DNA from: Chloroflexota bacterium
Lineage (GTDB): Bacteria > Chloroflexota > UBA6077 > FW602-bin22 > JBCLEL01
Direction of reading: 5' to 3'
Length of the DNA stretch: 64,000 bases
NCBI GenBank assembly: GCA_965220775.1
Contig: OZ244845.1
Span: 2,066,568 to 2,130,567, forward strand
Below are positions 9,280-19,656 of the stretch, piece after piece. Each line of letters begins with the position of its first letter. Positions within the stretch are counted from its first letter, which is position 1. Below the pieces are notes generated by a model. It was not told the DNA's origin and made no database searches. It saw only the letters and a program-made list of their open reading frames with translations. The translations under genes were made by a program, and so were the position numbers.

Positions 9280-10056
9280 TCAACGAATGCCGGCTACTAC
9301 GTTAACTCCGTTAAGCGCCATATGGTGGAGGAAAACATAGTGCAAGAGGTCGCCGTCGTGGGGCATTGCGCCTATCGAAGCTGCTTCTTTCACTCCCAAA
9401 TGATAGGTGTCTACGCAGTCTATCGGTACCGTGACGCTGCAGCCCAACCCCGACGCGTTCGAGCGCAGTTTTAGAGACATCGCCAGCTGATAGAGGCATA
9501 GGTCGGTGCAGTCCCCCACCGCGATGAATTCGGTAACCTCAGGATGGGTAGACAGCCAATCGGCCAGCTTCGTGTCGATCAATGAGTTGATGCTGTTCTT
9601 GGGGATGACGTCGAATCCGTTGAAAAAGGACAGATCCTTGAATTCACGTACGGTTGCCGATTCGACGGTCCCGGCGATGCAGTGCGGTGGAAACTCATTA
9701 AACTCCTCGGCGTCGGAGGAGTGTGTGTCCTGCGTAAGAATGAAGTGTGAGACTCCGGCTTCGTGGGCACGGTTGAAGAGACGGCTGATCGGCTCGATGA
9801 TCGTCGCGACTCGTGGACTCGCTAGCGGGCCTTCCCGGCAGAATCCCTCGATCACGTCTACCGAGATTACTGCCGCCTGTTTGACAGATGTTCCCCGGTC
9901 TCGAAGCAGACCCTCCAATGTAACCGTTGGCCGCTCATCGACCCATTGCTCGACGCTGTCGACGAATTCGGCGCTGCGTGTAGATAACGACTCGGCTCTC
10001 GTGGTGGATTCAACGCTCAAGGTGGACTCTCCTTTCCCATCGGCTGGACAATGCAA
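9280..10056 (-). CDS. Isochorismatase-family cysteine hydrolase (nicotinamidase-like)
   Basis: AVISVDVIEGF, ILTQDTH, PPHC and the nucleophile context VGDCTDLCLYQ are typical of the isochorismatase/PncA family. Confidence 0.7.
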   Translation of the reverse strand: MHCPADGKGESTLSVESTTRAESLSTRSAEFVDSVEQWVDERPTVTLEGLLRDRGTSVKQAAVISVDVIEGFCREGPLASPRVATIIEPISRLFNRAHEAGVSHFILTQDTHSSDAEEFNEFPPHCIAGTVESATVREFKDLSFFNGFDVIPKNSINSLIDTKLADWLSTHPEVTEFIAVGDCTDLCLYQLAMSLKLRSNASGLGCSVTVPIDCVDTYHLGVKEAASIGAMPHDGDLLHYVFLHHMALNGVNVVAGIR

Positions 10057-10235
10057 GTAGTTGCGGAATCCAGCAGGGTGTGTGGGATAAGCTCTGCTAT
10101 CCTAATTATATTGTCGTCTAGTAGTGGGATGGGCGGATGGCGTGAAGACTCGCCTTGGAAACACGATGCGGCCCTTCCAGCCGGATCTTTGTGTTTGTAC
10201 CGCCGTTAACAAGAATTGATGGGTTCGAGAGGATA

Positions 10236-12548
10236 ATGAGGCCGCAAATTAAGCGTGCAGCGCGCAGGCTGATGATGCGTCGTAGATTGCCGCTGTTCGT
10301 CCTGCTAGCTGTCTTGGTGGGGGTAGTGGGCAGTTGCGCTCCGGTCCTTCCAACTTTCGATGACCTACCCACCTCGATACGAGAGCCGGCCGTCCCCTCT
10401 CAGTCCGGGACGACCGCGTCGACCTCCGCCGAGGCGGGCACACCGGTGCCGACTGTTTCGAGCGGCGATCCAGACTTGATACCCACGCCGGAGATAGGGA
10501 CGATTGGATCGTCTGACGAGCCGCGCCTGGCTCCACACAGTACCCGAAGCGAGCCCCAGTCGTCCGACCTCAGCGCCGAGTTAGACCAAGCTCGCCGGCA
10601 TTGGCGCAACGGTGAGTTGGGTCCTGCCTTGCTCACCTACCGCCGGCTAGCGGCCGAAGCCTCGCCGTCCCCCGAGGCATTGGTCGAGTTGGCCGTCGTA
10701 GAGTTGGCCACCAGGGAGCTTACCGAAGCGCGGGATACATTGCAGCGCGCGCTTAGCTTGAACCCGCCCGATGGGATGCGGGCGCGCATTTTGTATCTGC
10801 TGGCAACCGTCGAGGTGAAGCTGGGAAACTGGCAAGAAGCAATGCGCCTCATAGACGTCCCGGCGGCGCCGGATGGTCTTGGCGACTTGGTGGTCCTGCG
10901 GCGCGCTGAGGCGGCGGCCGCCGGCGGAGACGTCGACGCCGTCCGTATCGAGTTGCAACGCCCGGAAATGCGGGCCTCTACCAATAGGATTCTCTTGGCT
11001 CAGGCCGGAAACTTCGCCGAGCTAATAAGTGAGTCCGGCCTCGCCGGAGAGCTCTATGCTCGGGCGTCCGAATATCCCGGATGGTCCGCCGAACGTAGCC
11101 TGCTGATCCAAGCGGCCGCGTCGGCTTTTGCCGATGCCGGCCGTAACGCCGACGCCATCACGCAGAATCGACGCTTGGTCGAGCTATATTCTTGGACCAA
11201 ACTTGGGAAGCAGGCCGGCATCGAGCTCAACCGTCTGGGCGGGATGACGCCCTATCACAGAGGCCGGCTCGCCATTATTGACGGTGGCCTGGAGGCCGCG
11301 CGAGGGTCTCTCGAAGAGGCGGCCAAGGGAGGAGAGTACGCGATTCCCGCACAGGAGTTGCTCGACCAGGTCGAGGAGATCTTAGGCTGGCACAAGGCCG
11401 CCAACGCCGGAACCCCGGAAGCGTTCCAGGCTTTCCGGTCCCAGTTTCCCGCCGGGGACTTCGCCGAGGACGCTTGGTTCCAAGAGGGATACCTTCACTA
11501 TGAGAAAGGCGAGCTATCCGCGGCGTTGAGCGTCTGGCGGGAGGGATTGGACCTGGCGGATGGCGACGAATTGGCGCGTTTGCACCTCTGGATAAGCAAG
11601 ACTCTAGGCCGGTTGGGCCAAGACGCAGAGGCGACATCGAGCTTGCGCTTAGCTGCTCAGGTTGGCCCCGCCGATTACTACGCGATGCGCGCACGTGATC
11701 TCCTTGTAGGTGGTGATGCCTGGCCAATCGCGAAAGGCGACTTGTTGACAATGGAAACGACCGCTGGCGTGGCGCCCATTTCGGAGGACGAGCGGCAGAA
11801 GGCCGAGGAGTGGCTGTCGAAGTGGGTCGTATCGAACTCCACGCCCAATGTGATGACACAACCTCGAGTCCGTCGGGGTCTCGGCCTGTTGGCGCTTGGT
11901 CTGACCGCGGAAGCGAATGCCGAACTGAACGGCTTGATCAAAGAGACCGCCGATGCTCGCTTCCTATTCCAACTTGCCCAAGTTCTAGCCGAAAGTCAGG
12001 TGTGGGGTTCCTCCAGTCGCGCCGCTTGGCGCATCGTCGACCTCTCGCCGGCCGAGAGTGTTGTCGGTACTCCAGTCGCCATTCAAAGACTCGCCTATCC
12101 CTTGGCGTTTCCCGATCTGCTCGCGTTCGAGTCCGAGCGTCACGGACTAGACCCGCTTCTCCTGCTCACAATGATCCATCAAGAGAGTCTCTACGATCCC
12201 TTCGCCCTATCGATATCGGAAGCCAGAGGGTTGACGCAGGTCATTCCGTCGACCGGTGAGCTAATCGCGAATGCTATCGACTGGCCGGACTTTTCGCCTG
12301 ACGATCTCTATCGGCCGGTCGTGGCGCTCGAGTTCGGCGCGTGGTATCTCGCCAATCAACTCAAGACCTTTGACGACGACCCATTCCGAGCGCTGGCTGC
12401 CTACAACGCCGGCTCAGGTTCCATCTCGCGCTGGTGGAATGGCGATGTCGACCTGTTCATTGAGCAGATCGACTACGCGGAAACCAGGAAGTACATGCGA
12501 AAGCTGTATTTCCACCACGCGGTATATCGCAGTCTAGCCGGCAGGTAA
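10236..12548 (+). CDS. Lytic murein transglycosylase (SLT domain) lipoprotein with long TPR-like N-terminal region
   Basis: C-terminal HQESLYDP..S.SEARGLTQV...AYNAG is the SLT catalytic motif. I prefer the ATG at 10236 (GAGAGG upstream) because it gives the signal plus lipobox MRPQIKR...VVGSC. Confidence 0.75.
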   Translation: MRPQIKRAARRLMMRRRLPLFVLLAVLVGVVGSCAPVLPTFDDLPTSIREPAVPSQSGTTASTSAEAGTPVPTVSSGDPDLIPTPEIGTIGSSDEPRLAPHSTRSEPQSSDLSAELDQARRHWRNGELGPALLTYRRLAAEASPSPEALVELAVVELATRELTEARDTLQRALSLNPPDGMRARILYLLATVEVKLGNWQEAMRLIDVPAAPDGLGDLVVLRRAEAAAAGGDVDAVRIELQRPEMRASTNRILLAQAGNFAELISESGLAGELYARASEYPGWSAERSLLIQAAASAFADAGRNADAITQNRRLVELYSWTKLGKQAGIELNRLGGMTPYHRGRLAIIDGGLEAARGSLEEAAKGGEYAIPAQELLDQVEEILGWHKAANAGTPEAFQAFRSQFPAGDFAEDAWFQEGYLHYEKGELSAALSVWREGLDLADGDELARLHLWISKTLGRLGQDAEATSSLRLAAQVGPADYYAMRARDLLVGGDAWPIAKGDLLTMETTAGVAPISEDERQKAEEWLSKWVVSNSTPNVMTQPRVRRGLGLLALGLTAEANAELNGLIKETADARFLFQLAQVLAESQVWGSSSRAAWRIVDLSPAESVVGTPVAIQRLAYPLAFPDLLAFESERHGLDPLLLLTMIHQESLYDPFALSISEARGLTQVIPSTGELIANAIDWPDFSPDDLYRPVVALEFGAWYLANQLKTFDDDPFRALAAYNAGSGSISRWWNGDVDLFIEQIDYAETRKYMRKLYFHHAVYRSLAGR

Positions 12549-12697
12549 TCGTTGCTCTCCCAATGCGCCGTTTAGATGCCCCATATTGCTCGGCAACCCG
12601 TCGTCAAATCATTGCCTGACAATCCGACGGTTGATAGACTTCGCGGTAAATCAGTGAGTTTCACAGCCGGCACAAACACATTCCGAGGAGATTGCTA

Positions 12698-13312
12698 ATG
12701 GCACACGAGCTACCGCCACTGCCCTACGCCTATGACGCATTGGAGCCCCACATCGACGAACAGACGATGCGGATCCACCACGACCGGCACCACCAGACCT
12801 ACATCACTAACCTGAACGCGGCGTTGGAGGGTCATTCCAGCCTGGAAGGCAAGAGCGCCGAGGAGCTTGTGAGCGATCTGGATTCAGTGCCAGAGGGTAT
12901 TCGTACCGCTGTTCGAAATAATGGAGGCGGTCACGCGAACCACACCTTCTTCTGGGAGATCATGGGGCCGGACGGTGGAGGCGCACCCAGCGGCGCATTG
13001 GGCGAGGCAATCGACTCGACCTTTGGCAGCTTCGACGACTTCAAGGGACAGGTCGCCGCCGCCGCGGCCGCCCGATTCGGCAGCGGATGGGCTTGGCTGA
13101 CCGTCGATTCGAGCGGTGCCTTGCAGGTCGAGAGCACGGCCAACCAGGACTCCCCGCTGTCCGACGGTCGCACTCCAATCCTTGGGGTTGACGTCTGGGA
13201 ACACGCTTACTATTTGAAGTACCAGAATTTGCGCCCTAAGTACGTCGAGGCTTGGTGGAACGCGGTGGACTGGAGCGCCGTCGCCAGCCGGTACGAGGCC
13301 GCTGTCGGCTAG
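12698..13312 (+). CDS. sodA: Superoxide dismutase, Fe/Mn family (Mn-type residues)
   Basis: [41 protein letters not shown] and DVWEHAYYL. Gly at the Fe-type Gln position and Gln in NQD suggest the Mn type. GAGGAG lies upstream of the ATG at 12698. Confidence 0.9.
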   Translation: MAHELPPLPYAYDALEPHIDEQTMRIHHDRHHQTYITNLNAALEGHSSLEGKSAEELVSDLDSVPEGIRTAVRNNGGGHANHTFFWEIMGPDGGGAPSGALGEAIDSTFGSFDDFKGQVAAAAAARFGSGWAWLTVDSSGALQVESTANQDSPLSDGRTPILGVDVWEHAYYLKYQNLRPKYVEAWWNAVDWSAVASRYEAAVG

Positions 13313-13340
13313 CGCTTACCCTCCTTTTGTGAGAATGGTA

Positions 13341-13375
13341 TCTAGGGGCGATGCTGTTTCGCCCCTAGAATTTTC
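13341..13375 (+). terminator. Intrinsic terminator after sodA
   Basis: 11-bp stem tctaggggcga / tcgcccctaga with a 7-nt loop, followed by ATTTTC. Confidence 0.6.
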
Positions 13376-13488
13376 ACCCCTCTCTCCGCGCCCGGTACAC
13401 GATTTCGACCTCACTTCGCGCGTCTCGAGAGCAAGTCGGAGACCCTTCGGATCCCCTGTTACGCGTGTCTTCTTTACGGAATAGCTGA

Positions 13489-14820
13489 ATGGCCGAGATT
13501 AGACCTTTTCGCGGAGTACGCTTCGCTGGCGGCCAGCCCACCGACCTGAGCCGGCTGGTCACCGCGCCGTACGACGTGATATCCCAACAAGCTCAGGCCG
13601 AGTACTACGCCCGCGATCAGTTCAACGCGATCCGCTTAGAGCTGGGCCGGCAATCTGCCGCTGATGGCGATGAGGACAATCGCTACACCCGCGCCGCCGC
13701 TACTTACCGGCAATGGCGTACTCTCGGCACCCTGCAAGCGGACGCCGAGCCGGCGTTGTACGTTGCGCGGGAATCTTTCCAGATGAACGGTCAAGAAAAA
13801 TCACGTACAATCCTCTTCACACTCGTCCGGCTCTACGATTGGGATGAGCGGCAGGTGCTTCCTCACGAGCGGACCATGCCCAAACCCAAGGCCGATCGGC
13901 TCAATCTCTTGCGATCGACACAGGTCCAATTCAGTCCGATCTTCAGCCTCTACGACGACCTCGACCACTCGGTGGCGAAGCTACTGGTCGGAGTAGTCGA
14001 ACAGCATCCGATTGCCGTCGTCGATCTCGACCCGCCGGCAGTCGCTGCCGCGCCCACTCATACTCGTGTCTGGAGGATCGTCGATCCGGCGACGATTCAC
14101 GCCATAACGAGGGCATTCTCCCATCGACTGATCTATATAGCCGACGGCCATCATCGCTACGAGACCGCGTTGGCCTACCGCGATGAGGTCGGCTCATCCG
14201 CTCCCGATCGAGGACAACCGCAGCCAAGCAACTATCTGATGATGTCCCTTTCCGCGAGCAACGATCCGGGAGTCGACGTAATGGCCACTCATCGACTGCT
14301 GCGGTCTTCCGGCCCGAGCGGCTACTCCGTCCTCGCGAGGCTACTAGAACCCACGTTTAACGCCCTCCACCTCGGCGAAGCGGACGTAGACGCTTTCTTG
14401 CAGGAGCCGGATGAGACTGGCTTGCGAGTGGTTGTAGTCTCCGCCAACGAAACGGAGTTGCTAGGACTCCGGCTGAACGCCGATCCCACTCGCATGTCTG
14501 GAATGCCGGCCGGCCGGCATCCTTCTTGGAAGATGCTCGATGTGGCTTGCCTCCACGAATTGATCCTTAAGCCACATTTTGGACTTGATGACGCGGACTT
14601 GGCCGGTGGGGCCGCCGTTGAATATACCCGTGACCCGAAAGACGTCATCCTGCAAGTGCGCTTCGGGGAGTTCGACTGGGGCTTCATTATGCGGCCAACT
14701 CGGTTGAGCCAAGTGCTGGACGTTGCACGTGCCAACGAGACGATGCCACCGAAGTCGACTTACTTCTACCCGAAGGCAGTGACAGGCCTGGCATTCTTCG
14801 ACCATCGGGAAGCGCTGTAA
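13489..14820 (+). CDS. DUF1015-family protein
   Basis: N-terminus MAEIRPFRGVRF......L..APYDVI, and later the IADGHHRYETA motif characteristic of DUF1015. Confidence 0.7.
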   Translation: MAEIRPFRGVRFAGGQPTDLSRLVTAPYDVISQQAQAEYYARDQFNAIRLELGRQSAADGDEDNRYTRAAATYRQWRTLGTLQADAEPALYVARESFQMNGQEKSRTILFTLVRLYDWDERQVLPHERTMPKPKADRLNLLRSTQVQFSPIFSLYDDLDHSVAKLLVGVVEQHPIAVVDLDPPAVAAAPTHTRVWRIVDPATIHAITRAFSHRLIYIADGHHRYETALAYRDEVGSSAPDRGQPQPSNYLMMSLSASNDPGVDVMATHRLLRSSGPSGYSVLARLLEPTFNALHLGEADVDAFLQEPDETGLRVVVVSANETELLGLRLNADPTRMSGMPAGRHPSWKMLDVACLHELILKPHFGLDDADLAGGAAVEYTRDPKDVILQVRFGEFDWGFIMRPTRLSQVLDVARANETMPPKSTYFYPKAVTGLAFFDHREAL

Positions 14821-14922
14821 GAAACTCCGCGTGTTAGACCGTGACATTAGCCATTCTCGTTTAGTCCAGTTCGTGGGTTTGAAGCGGTAGCCGTGCCAAG
14901 TCGAATACTGTGGAGAGAATAC

Positions 14923-14958
14923 AAAAAAGGCCGAGGGGCGGATTATCCGCCCCTCGGC
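14923..14958 (-). terminator. Intrinsic terminator after the 14993..15571 gene
   Basis: On the minus strand, a 13-bp stem gccgaggggcgga / tccgcccctcggc is followed by CTTTTTTG. Confidence 0.6.
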
Positions 14959-14992
14959 GAGGGAGGAGGAGAGAGGATAGTTAGGTACTGTC

Positions 14993-15571
14993 CTAGTGGA
15001 GAACGCCTCCGTAGTTCGAAAGCTCGCGATGACCATTCGTATCGTTGGGATTGGTCCGTCGCGTTACCCTCACCGGCAACTTGTGGTCGGTCCAACGATT
15101 GATGAGTTGTATCACTCTGTCTAGCTCACGTCCGGCCCGGTCATGGGTCAGCAGTCCTGCCGCTTCCAGCCGGCCGAAGTTCTCGCTCGCCTTCTCTGCC
15201 AACGCACCAACCAACCCTTCCCGGCTCTTGCCTTCACTCTCGGCGATTGCACCAGCCGACTCCCCCTTGCGAAGTCGTTCGACGAACGTAATCGTGTCCA
15301 GCCCAATGTGCCGTGAGGCCCCGCTGATGAAACTTCTGATGATGCTTAGGCCTTCTCTCGGTTTACCGCGCTGAGCCTCTTCATCTGGACCCAAATCCAG
15401 CAACGTTGCCTTCAACGCCGCTTTAAGCCTCGATTGATTGATGCCTAGCTCGCCGGCCAAGGTCTCGATGAAATGGTCGGCAAGAAGTGACCAGGGCTTC
15501 GGGTTGCCAGCCGCCCCCTGGAGGAATACTCCAGGGGATGCTGCCATAGGGGCGGTCCTTGTCCTAGCCAT
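14993..15571 (-). CDS. Hypothetical protein
   Basis: 192-aa ORF, 57 nt downstream of the HtrA-like gene on the same strand, and followed by a strong terminator. No recognisable motif. Confidence 0.5.
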   Translation of the reverse strand: MARTRTAPMAASPGVFLQGAAGNPKPWSLLADHFIETLAGELGINQSRLKAALKATLLDLGPDEEAQRGKPREGLSIIRSFISGASRHIGLDTITFVERLRKGESAGAIAESEGKSREGLVGALAEKASENFGRLEAAGLLTHDRAGRELDRVIQLINRWTDHKLPVRVTRRTNPNDTNGHRELSNYGGVLH

Positions 15572-15628
15572 AGTTATTGCCCTCCTCGTGCTACTCTCCA
15601 GCTGCGATAGGCTGCATGGACCATTAGC

Positions 15629-16870
15629 TTAGCTCGTAGGTAGCTCCGGCCATTCGCCTAGCACGACGGTCAAGGTCATCTCTGTGCCGTCGCGAACAAT
15701 CGTCAGCGTAACTTCGTCGCCGACTTCGAGACGATCGATATAGCTGCCGATCTCGTTTATCGAGGCAATCGCATCGCCATCGATCTCGGCAATTATGTCA
15801 CCGTCCTTGGCCGGTTCGGTGGCGCTGCCAGGGGCGGAGTCGCCGCGCAGGCCGGCCTGGTCGGCTGGGCCACCGTCAACCACGCGCATCACATAGATTC
15901 CTTCCTCAATGTCCAGCCCCAGCTCTTTCGCAATTCGGTTGTTCAAAGGCAGACCTGAGATGCCAAGCCACGGATACTTGATTTCTACGCCGGTTTCTAG
16001 TTTGCTCATGACTCGCTTGGCCGAGTTTATTGGTACCGAGAATCCAATGCCCACCGAGCCACGCACCGGACTCTGTATCACCGTGTTGATGCCTATCACC
16101 TCTCCGCGGCTGTTCATAAGAGGTCCGCCGCTGTTGCCTGGATTGATATCGGCGTCGGTCTGGATCATGTCGCGCATCGGCCGGCTGGTTGCGCCGATCC
16201 GCGTGCGACCAAGCGAACTGACTATGCCGGTGGTCAGGCTGCCCTGTAGGCCGAACGGACTGCCGATGGCGATGGCAATCTGGCCAACGCGGATAGCATC
16301 GGAGTCCCCCAAAACCGCTGTCATCAGGCCGGCTGGGGGATCATCAATTGCCAGTAGCGCCAGATCGTTGCTAACGTCGCGGCCAGTAACGGTAGCATCA
16401 TATTCGCTGCCATCGTAGAGTCGGACCACCGCGGACGTCACCCGACTGACAACATGATTATTGGTTAGCACCAGACCACTTTCGTCCACGATGATGCCGG
16501 AGCCGGAGCTTCCGCCCGGAATCGTCGAGCCGTCGGTATCTTCACGTGCTAGCACTCCCACGACCGAAGGAAGCACGCGTTCATACAGTTCGATCAGCGT
16601 GTTTTCGAGTACGAGCACATGTTCCTGGGCGGTTGCTCCGGGCTCCTCGTCCAAGGCCGGAACAGCCGATGGCACTGCGAGGCTTGCTGCCGGCGCACTA
16701 GACAGAATGACAGTTGGTGCGGATGACAGCATAGATATCAACGAACCGCTAGACGCAAGTGTTTTTGTGGCGTTACCTCCGCTGTAGGCAAACAACGCTC
16801 CGGCAATCAGCGCGGTGCCGATTAATACGCCGAGTGCTACTCCCACGGAGATTCTTGCTACTTGTGTCAT
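15629..16870 (-). CDS. HtrA/DegP-family trypsin-like serine protease with C-terminal PDZ
   Basis: N-terminal TM helix, TNNHVV (His), GNSGGPL (Ser), and a C-terminal PDZ-like GDIIAEIDGDAIASI. Confidence 0.85.
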   Translation of the reverse strand: MTQVARISVGVALGVLIGTALIAGALFAYSGGNATKTLASSGSLISMLSSAPTVILSSAPAASLAVPSAVPALDEEPGATAQEHVLVLENTLIELYERVLPSVVGVLAREDTDGSTIPGGSSGSGIIVDESGLVLTNNHVVSRVTSAVVRLYDGSEYDATVTGRDVSNDLALLAIDDPPAGLMTAVLGDSDAIRVGQIAIAIGSPFGLQGSLTTGIVSSLGRTRIGATSRPMRDMIQTDADINPGNSGGPLMNSRGEVIGINTVIQSPVRGSVGIGFSVPINSAKRVMSKLETGVEIKYPWLGISGLPLNNRIAKELGLDIEEGIYVMRVVDGGPADQAGLRGDSAPGSATEPAKDGDIIAEIDGDAIASINEIGSYIDRLEVGDEVTLTIVRDGTEMTLTVVLGEWPELPTS

Positions 16871-17280
16871 CTTCCATCCTCCAACTACTCCGTTTGGCAG
16901 AATCCTTCAAGACAACGCTGCCTTTACTCTTGAAATTTAAGCTTGTCTGGTTAAACGCCGATTGGCGAAATGTAAAATCGAAGTAAATTGTAAACGTTAT
17001 CGAAGTCGGTCATCGAGCGCGCGTAGTCGTTTCTCTGATATCCCCCAAGCACGGTTCACGGCGTATAGTCTGAACTCGCCTGGGTAGGACAGATTTATGG
17101 GGGAGGTGTTACTTCTTGGAACTAACCCCGTTGAGGACGCCCGTGTTTCGTCTAAATCTTGCTCGGGAGTAAAGTTCGGATCAACCGACATGCGTTGCCC
17201 ACGCGATGATTCCAACGCGCCCAGGCCATCGAGCAAGGTCAGCGGTTACCCTTGCATACTTGCGTACTTGGTTGCCCCCG

Positions 17281-18123
17281 TCATTCGCGCATAGCCCCGA
17301 GCGTCATTCCCTGTATGAAGGTGCGCTGTAGCAAGACGAAGACAACCAATGGCACAGTCATGATAATTGCCAACCCGGCGAAGAGCATTATCTGATCGCT
17401 GTAATAGAATGTGCGAAAGTTTCCCAAGGCCAACTGAACGGTGAACAACGCCGGCTTCTGGATGACGATCAGCGGCAGGAAGTAGTCGTTCCAGACGAAT
17501 ACCGCCTCAAATACCGTCACCGCCATGATCCCCGGCACCGACAGAGGCAAAACAACAAACCGAAGGACTTGGAATCGGCCCCCGCCGTCGAGCTTACAGG
17601 CGTCTTCCAATTCCCTGGGCACTGCCTGAAAGAACGAGGTGAGTATTACCGTCGCGAACGCTACGCCGCCGGAAGTCGTTGCGATTACTAGCCCCTGCAA
17701 TGAGTTCAACAGGCCAAGCGTGCGAAGCAGGACGAAAATCGGAATCAGTGTCACTTCAGCAGGAATCATCAGCGGAATAAGCACCGCTAGGAAGACCACC
17801 GACCGCATCGGTAATTCCAGCCGGGCGAAAGCGTAGGCGGCCGGCGCGGCGATCAGCAGGATGAGCAATACCGTTGCCGAGGTCACCAGCGTGGAGTTGC
17901 GGAAAGCGACGCCGAGTTGACCCAAGGTCCAAGCCTTGGTGATGTTGTCGAAGTGCGGCGGGTTCGGTATTGCCCAGGGCAGCGCGTAGAGTTCGCCACT
18001 TGTCTTCAAGCTGCTCATTAGTGTCCATAAAACCGGGTATGCCCACAGGATGAGCAAGATCCCCAACACCACGTGGAGTATGAGCTGCGCCCGAATTCGC
18101 GGATGAAATACCTTCGCGATCAT
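17281..18123 (-). CDS. CUT1 sugar ABC transporter permease, MalG/UgpE type (orphan)
   Basis: ORF 17281..18237. I prefer the ATG at 18123 (MIAKVFHPRIRAQLILHVV...). It has a multi-TM layout and the EAA-like loop region CKLDGGGRFQVLRFVVLP. No partner permease, SBP or ATPase is adjacent. Confidence 0.8.
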   Translation of the reverse strand: MIAKVFHPRIRAQLILHVVLGILLILWAYPVLWTLMSSLKTSGELYALPWAIPNPPHFDNITKAWTLGQLGVAFRNSTLVTSATVLLILLIAAPAAYAFARLELPMRSVVFLAVLIPLMIPAEVTLIPIFVLLRTLGLLNSLQGLVIATTSGGVAFATVILTSFFQAVPRELEDACKLDGGGRFQVLRFVVLPLSVPGIMAVTVFEAVFVWNDYFLPLIVIQKPALFTVQLALGNFRTFYYSDQIMLFAGLAIIMTVPLVVFVLLQRTFIQGMTLGAMRE

Positions 18124-18231
18124 CGAGTGTGCTCGTCGACTCGCCGGCGCAATACCCGGACTTCCAACAGCGTCACGATCAATACCACGGCGAATAGAGA
18201 GATCTACGACCGCGAAGGGGATGTCCAGTCC

Positions 18232-18897
18232 GCCCACGAACCTGGTACCAAGAGGAGTTTCAATCTAACGGCGAGAGCGGCCATTTTCCGGGAGATTATC
18301 CAGGCTCCTAAGCTAGTTGCGTGCATGGAGTACCTGCTCGGACCAGATTACATTCTCTCGGACATGGGTGGCCGTTCGCCGATGCCGGGCGTTCCCTCGC
18401 AGCAACTCCATCGCGATGGCGGATTTTTCGTTCCCAACCCGCCGTACAACGTGCACACTGTTCTACCTACATCGGCTCAATCCATGATCGCCCTCTGCGA
18501 TTTCACCCCTGAAAAGGGCGCCACCCGGTTTGTTCCCCGATCACATGTGAGAGACGTAGACCCTGGGACCATACCCGCGGAGGAGGAGAGTCTCTTTATC
18601 TGTTCGGCCGGGTCAGTGCTAGTCTATGACAATCGACTGATCCATGGCGGCAGTCTAAACACCACCAACGAGATTCGCTATTCGGCGCAAGGATTCTGCT
18701 GCCGGAAGACAACCAAGCCGTTCTGCGATCACACCAGGTCTATTCCGGCGGACGTCCTAGCATCGGCCACGCCGCTGATGCGCCGGCTCTGGGGATTTGA
18801 GTATCAATCCGCCTGGGAGGAGTCGCCGCGAGACTTCTCCATCGTCGAGGCTCCCGGCGCAAAGCCGGTGTTCGACTTCAACCGCGGCATAGAATAA
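18232..18897 (+). pseudogene. PhyH-like dioxygenase lacking its N-terminal ~60-70 aa (5'-truncated, possibly a pseudogene)
   Basis: It retains LHRDGGF (HxD), TRFVPRSH and RLIHGGS. The sequence upstream of about 18232 is non-PhyH-like and overlaps the permease gene on the other strand. There is no credible start with an SD; the first in-frame ATG is at 18322. Confidence 0.4.
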
Positions 18898-18972
18898 AGT
18901 CTAAACTCAACAGTACCCCAGTGCGTTCTTCGGATTGGTGAAAATCTAGCCTCGGTCGGGCGGAGGCCCCAC

Positions 18973-19656
18973 ATGAGCCGTTTTGAAAAGCTTGAGATCA
19001 TTGACCTGACGCAAGTCTTCGAGCCCGGATTGCCGGTGATGCCTGCACTCCCTCCTCCGGCAATCTGGCCGGTTCTGAGACAGGACGAGGGCGATTACGT
19101 GAACGCCAACGTGATCCAGTATTGCGAGCACTCCGGCACTCATCTCGACTCCCCGGCCCACTTCGTCAAAGGAGGAACAACGTTGGAGTCCCTCCCGCTT
19201 GACAAGCTCATAGGGCCGGCGGTTGTGCTTGATCTCACTGGCAAGCGAGGTGATGTTCCGATAGACGTATCGGACCTGGAAGCCGCCCAGCGCAGCGCCT
19301 CTTCGATTGAACCCGGCGACGTTGTCCTGCTCCGGTCCGACCACTCGTTACTCTGGGACGTAAAGCCGCGCAACCGTGCCTTTATTGAGGACGGTTGGCC
19401 GTATCTGACTTCCGAGGCTGCGCGGTACCTCCTGCAAGCGGGGATTCGAGCCCTAGGCGTAGAGACGCCGGATCCCGACCGGCACGGGGCTACGGAGTTT
19501 CCCACGCACTACACTCTTCTGCCAGCCGGCGTCCCAATTATCGAAAATCTATGCAACCTAAATCGGATAGGTCTTTTTCGTTGCGAATTCATGGCGTTGC
19601 CATTGAAAGTCCGTGGCGGAACAGGCGGCCCGTGTCGCGCTCTGGCGTTCGTGTGA
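18973..19656 (+). CDS. Cyclase-family protein (kynurenine formamidase-like)
   Basis: IIDLTQ....P.......HSGTHLDSPAHF is the putative cyclase (HxGTHxDxPxH) signature. Confidence 0.75.
   Translation: MSRFEKLEIIDLTQVFEPGLPVMPALPPPAIWPVLRQDEGDYVNANVIQYCEHSGTHLDSPAHFVKGGTTLESLPLDKLIGPAVVLDLTGKRGDVPIDVSDLEAAQRSASSIEPGDVVLLRSDHSLLWDVKPRNRAFIEDGWPYLTSEAARYLLQAGIRALGVETPDPDRHGATEFPTHYTLLPAGVPIIENLCNLNRIGLFRCEFMALPLKVRGGTGGPCRALAFV

Noticed and set aside
10155-10235. The upstream TTG/ATG extensions offered by the ORF track. Examples are 10155 for the transglycosylase, 17281..18237 for the permease, 25227..26636 for the beta-lactamase-like gene, 40138 for coxG, and 52512 and 55907 for the SBPs.
   Set aside because: The internal starts give canonical signal peptides or N-termini, have SD sequences, and match the paralog starts. 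The extensions encode atypical sequence or overlap neighbouring features.
10249-11859. Many 60-240-aa ORFs antisense to, or out of frame within, long genes. Examples are 10249..10536, 11275..11859, 23106..23840, 35529..36170 and 37606..38175.
   Set aside because: These are typical shadow ORFs of high-GC DNA. They are Arg/Pro/Gly/Ser-rich with no motifs and lie fully inside well-supported genes.
16997-17236. A 79-aa minus-strand ORF between the permease and HtrA genes.
   Set aside because: It has weak codon bias, no motif and no clear ribosome-binding site. The region may simply be the HtrA promoter and leader.
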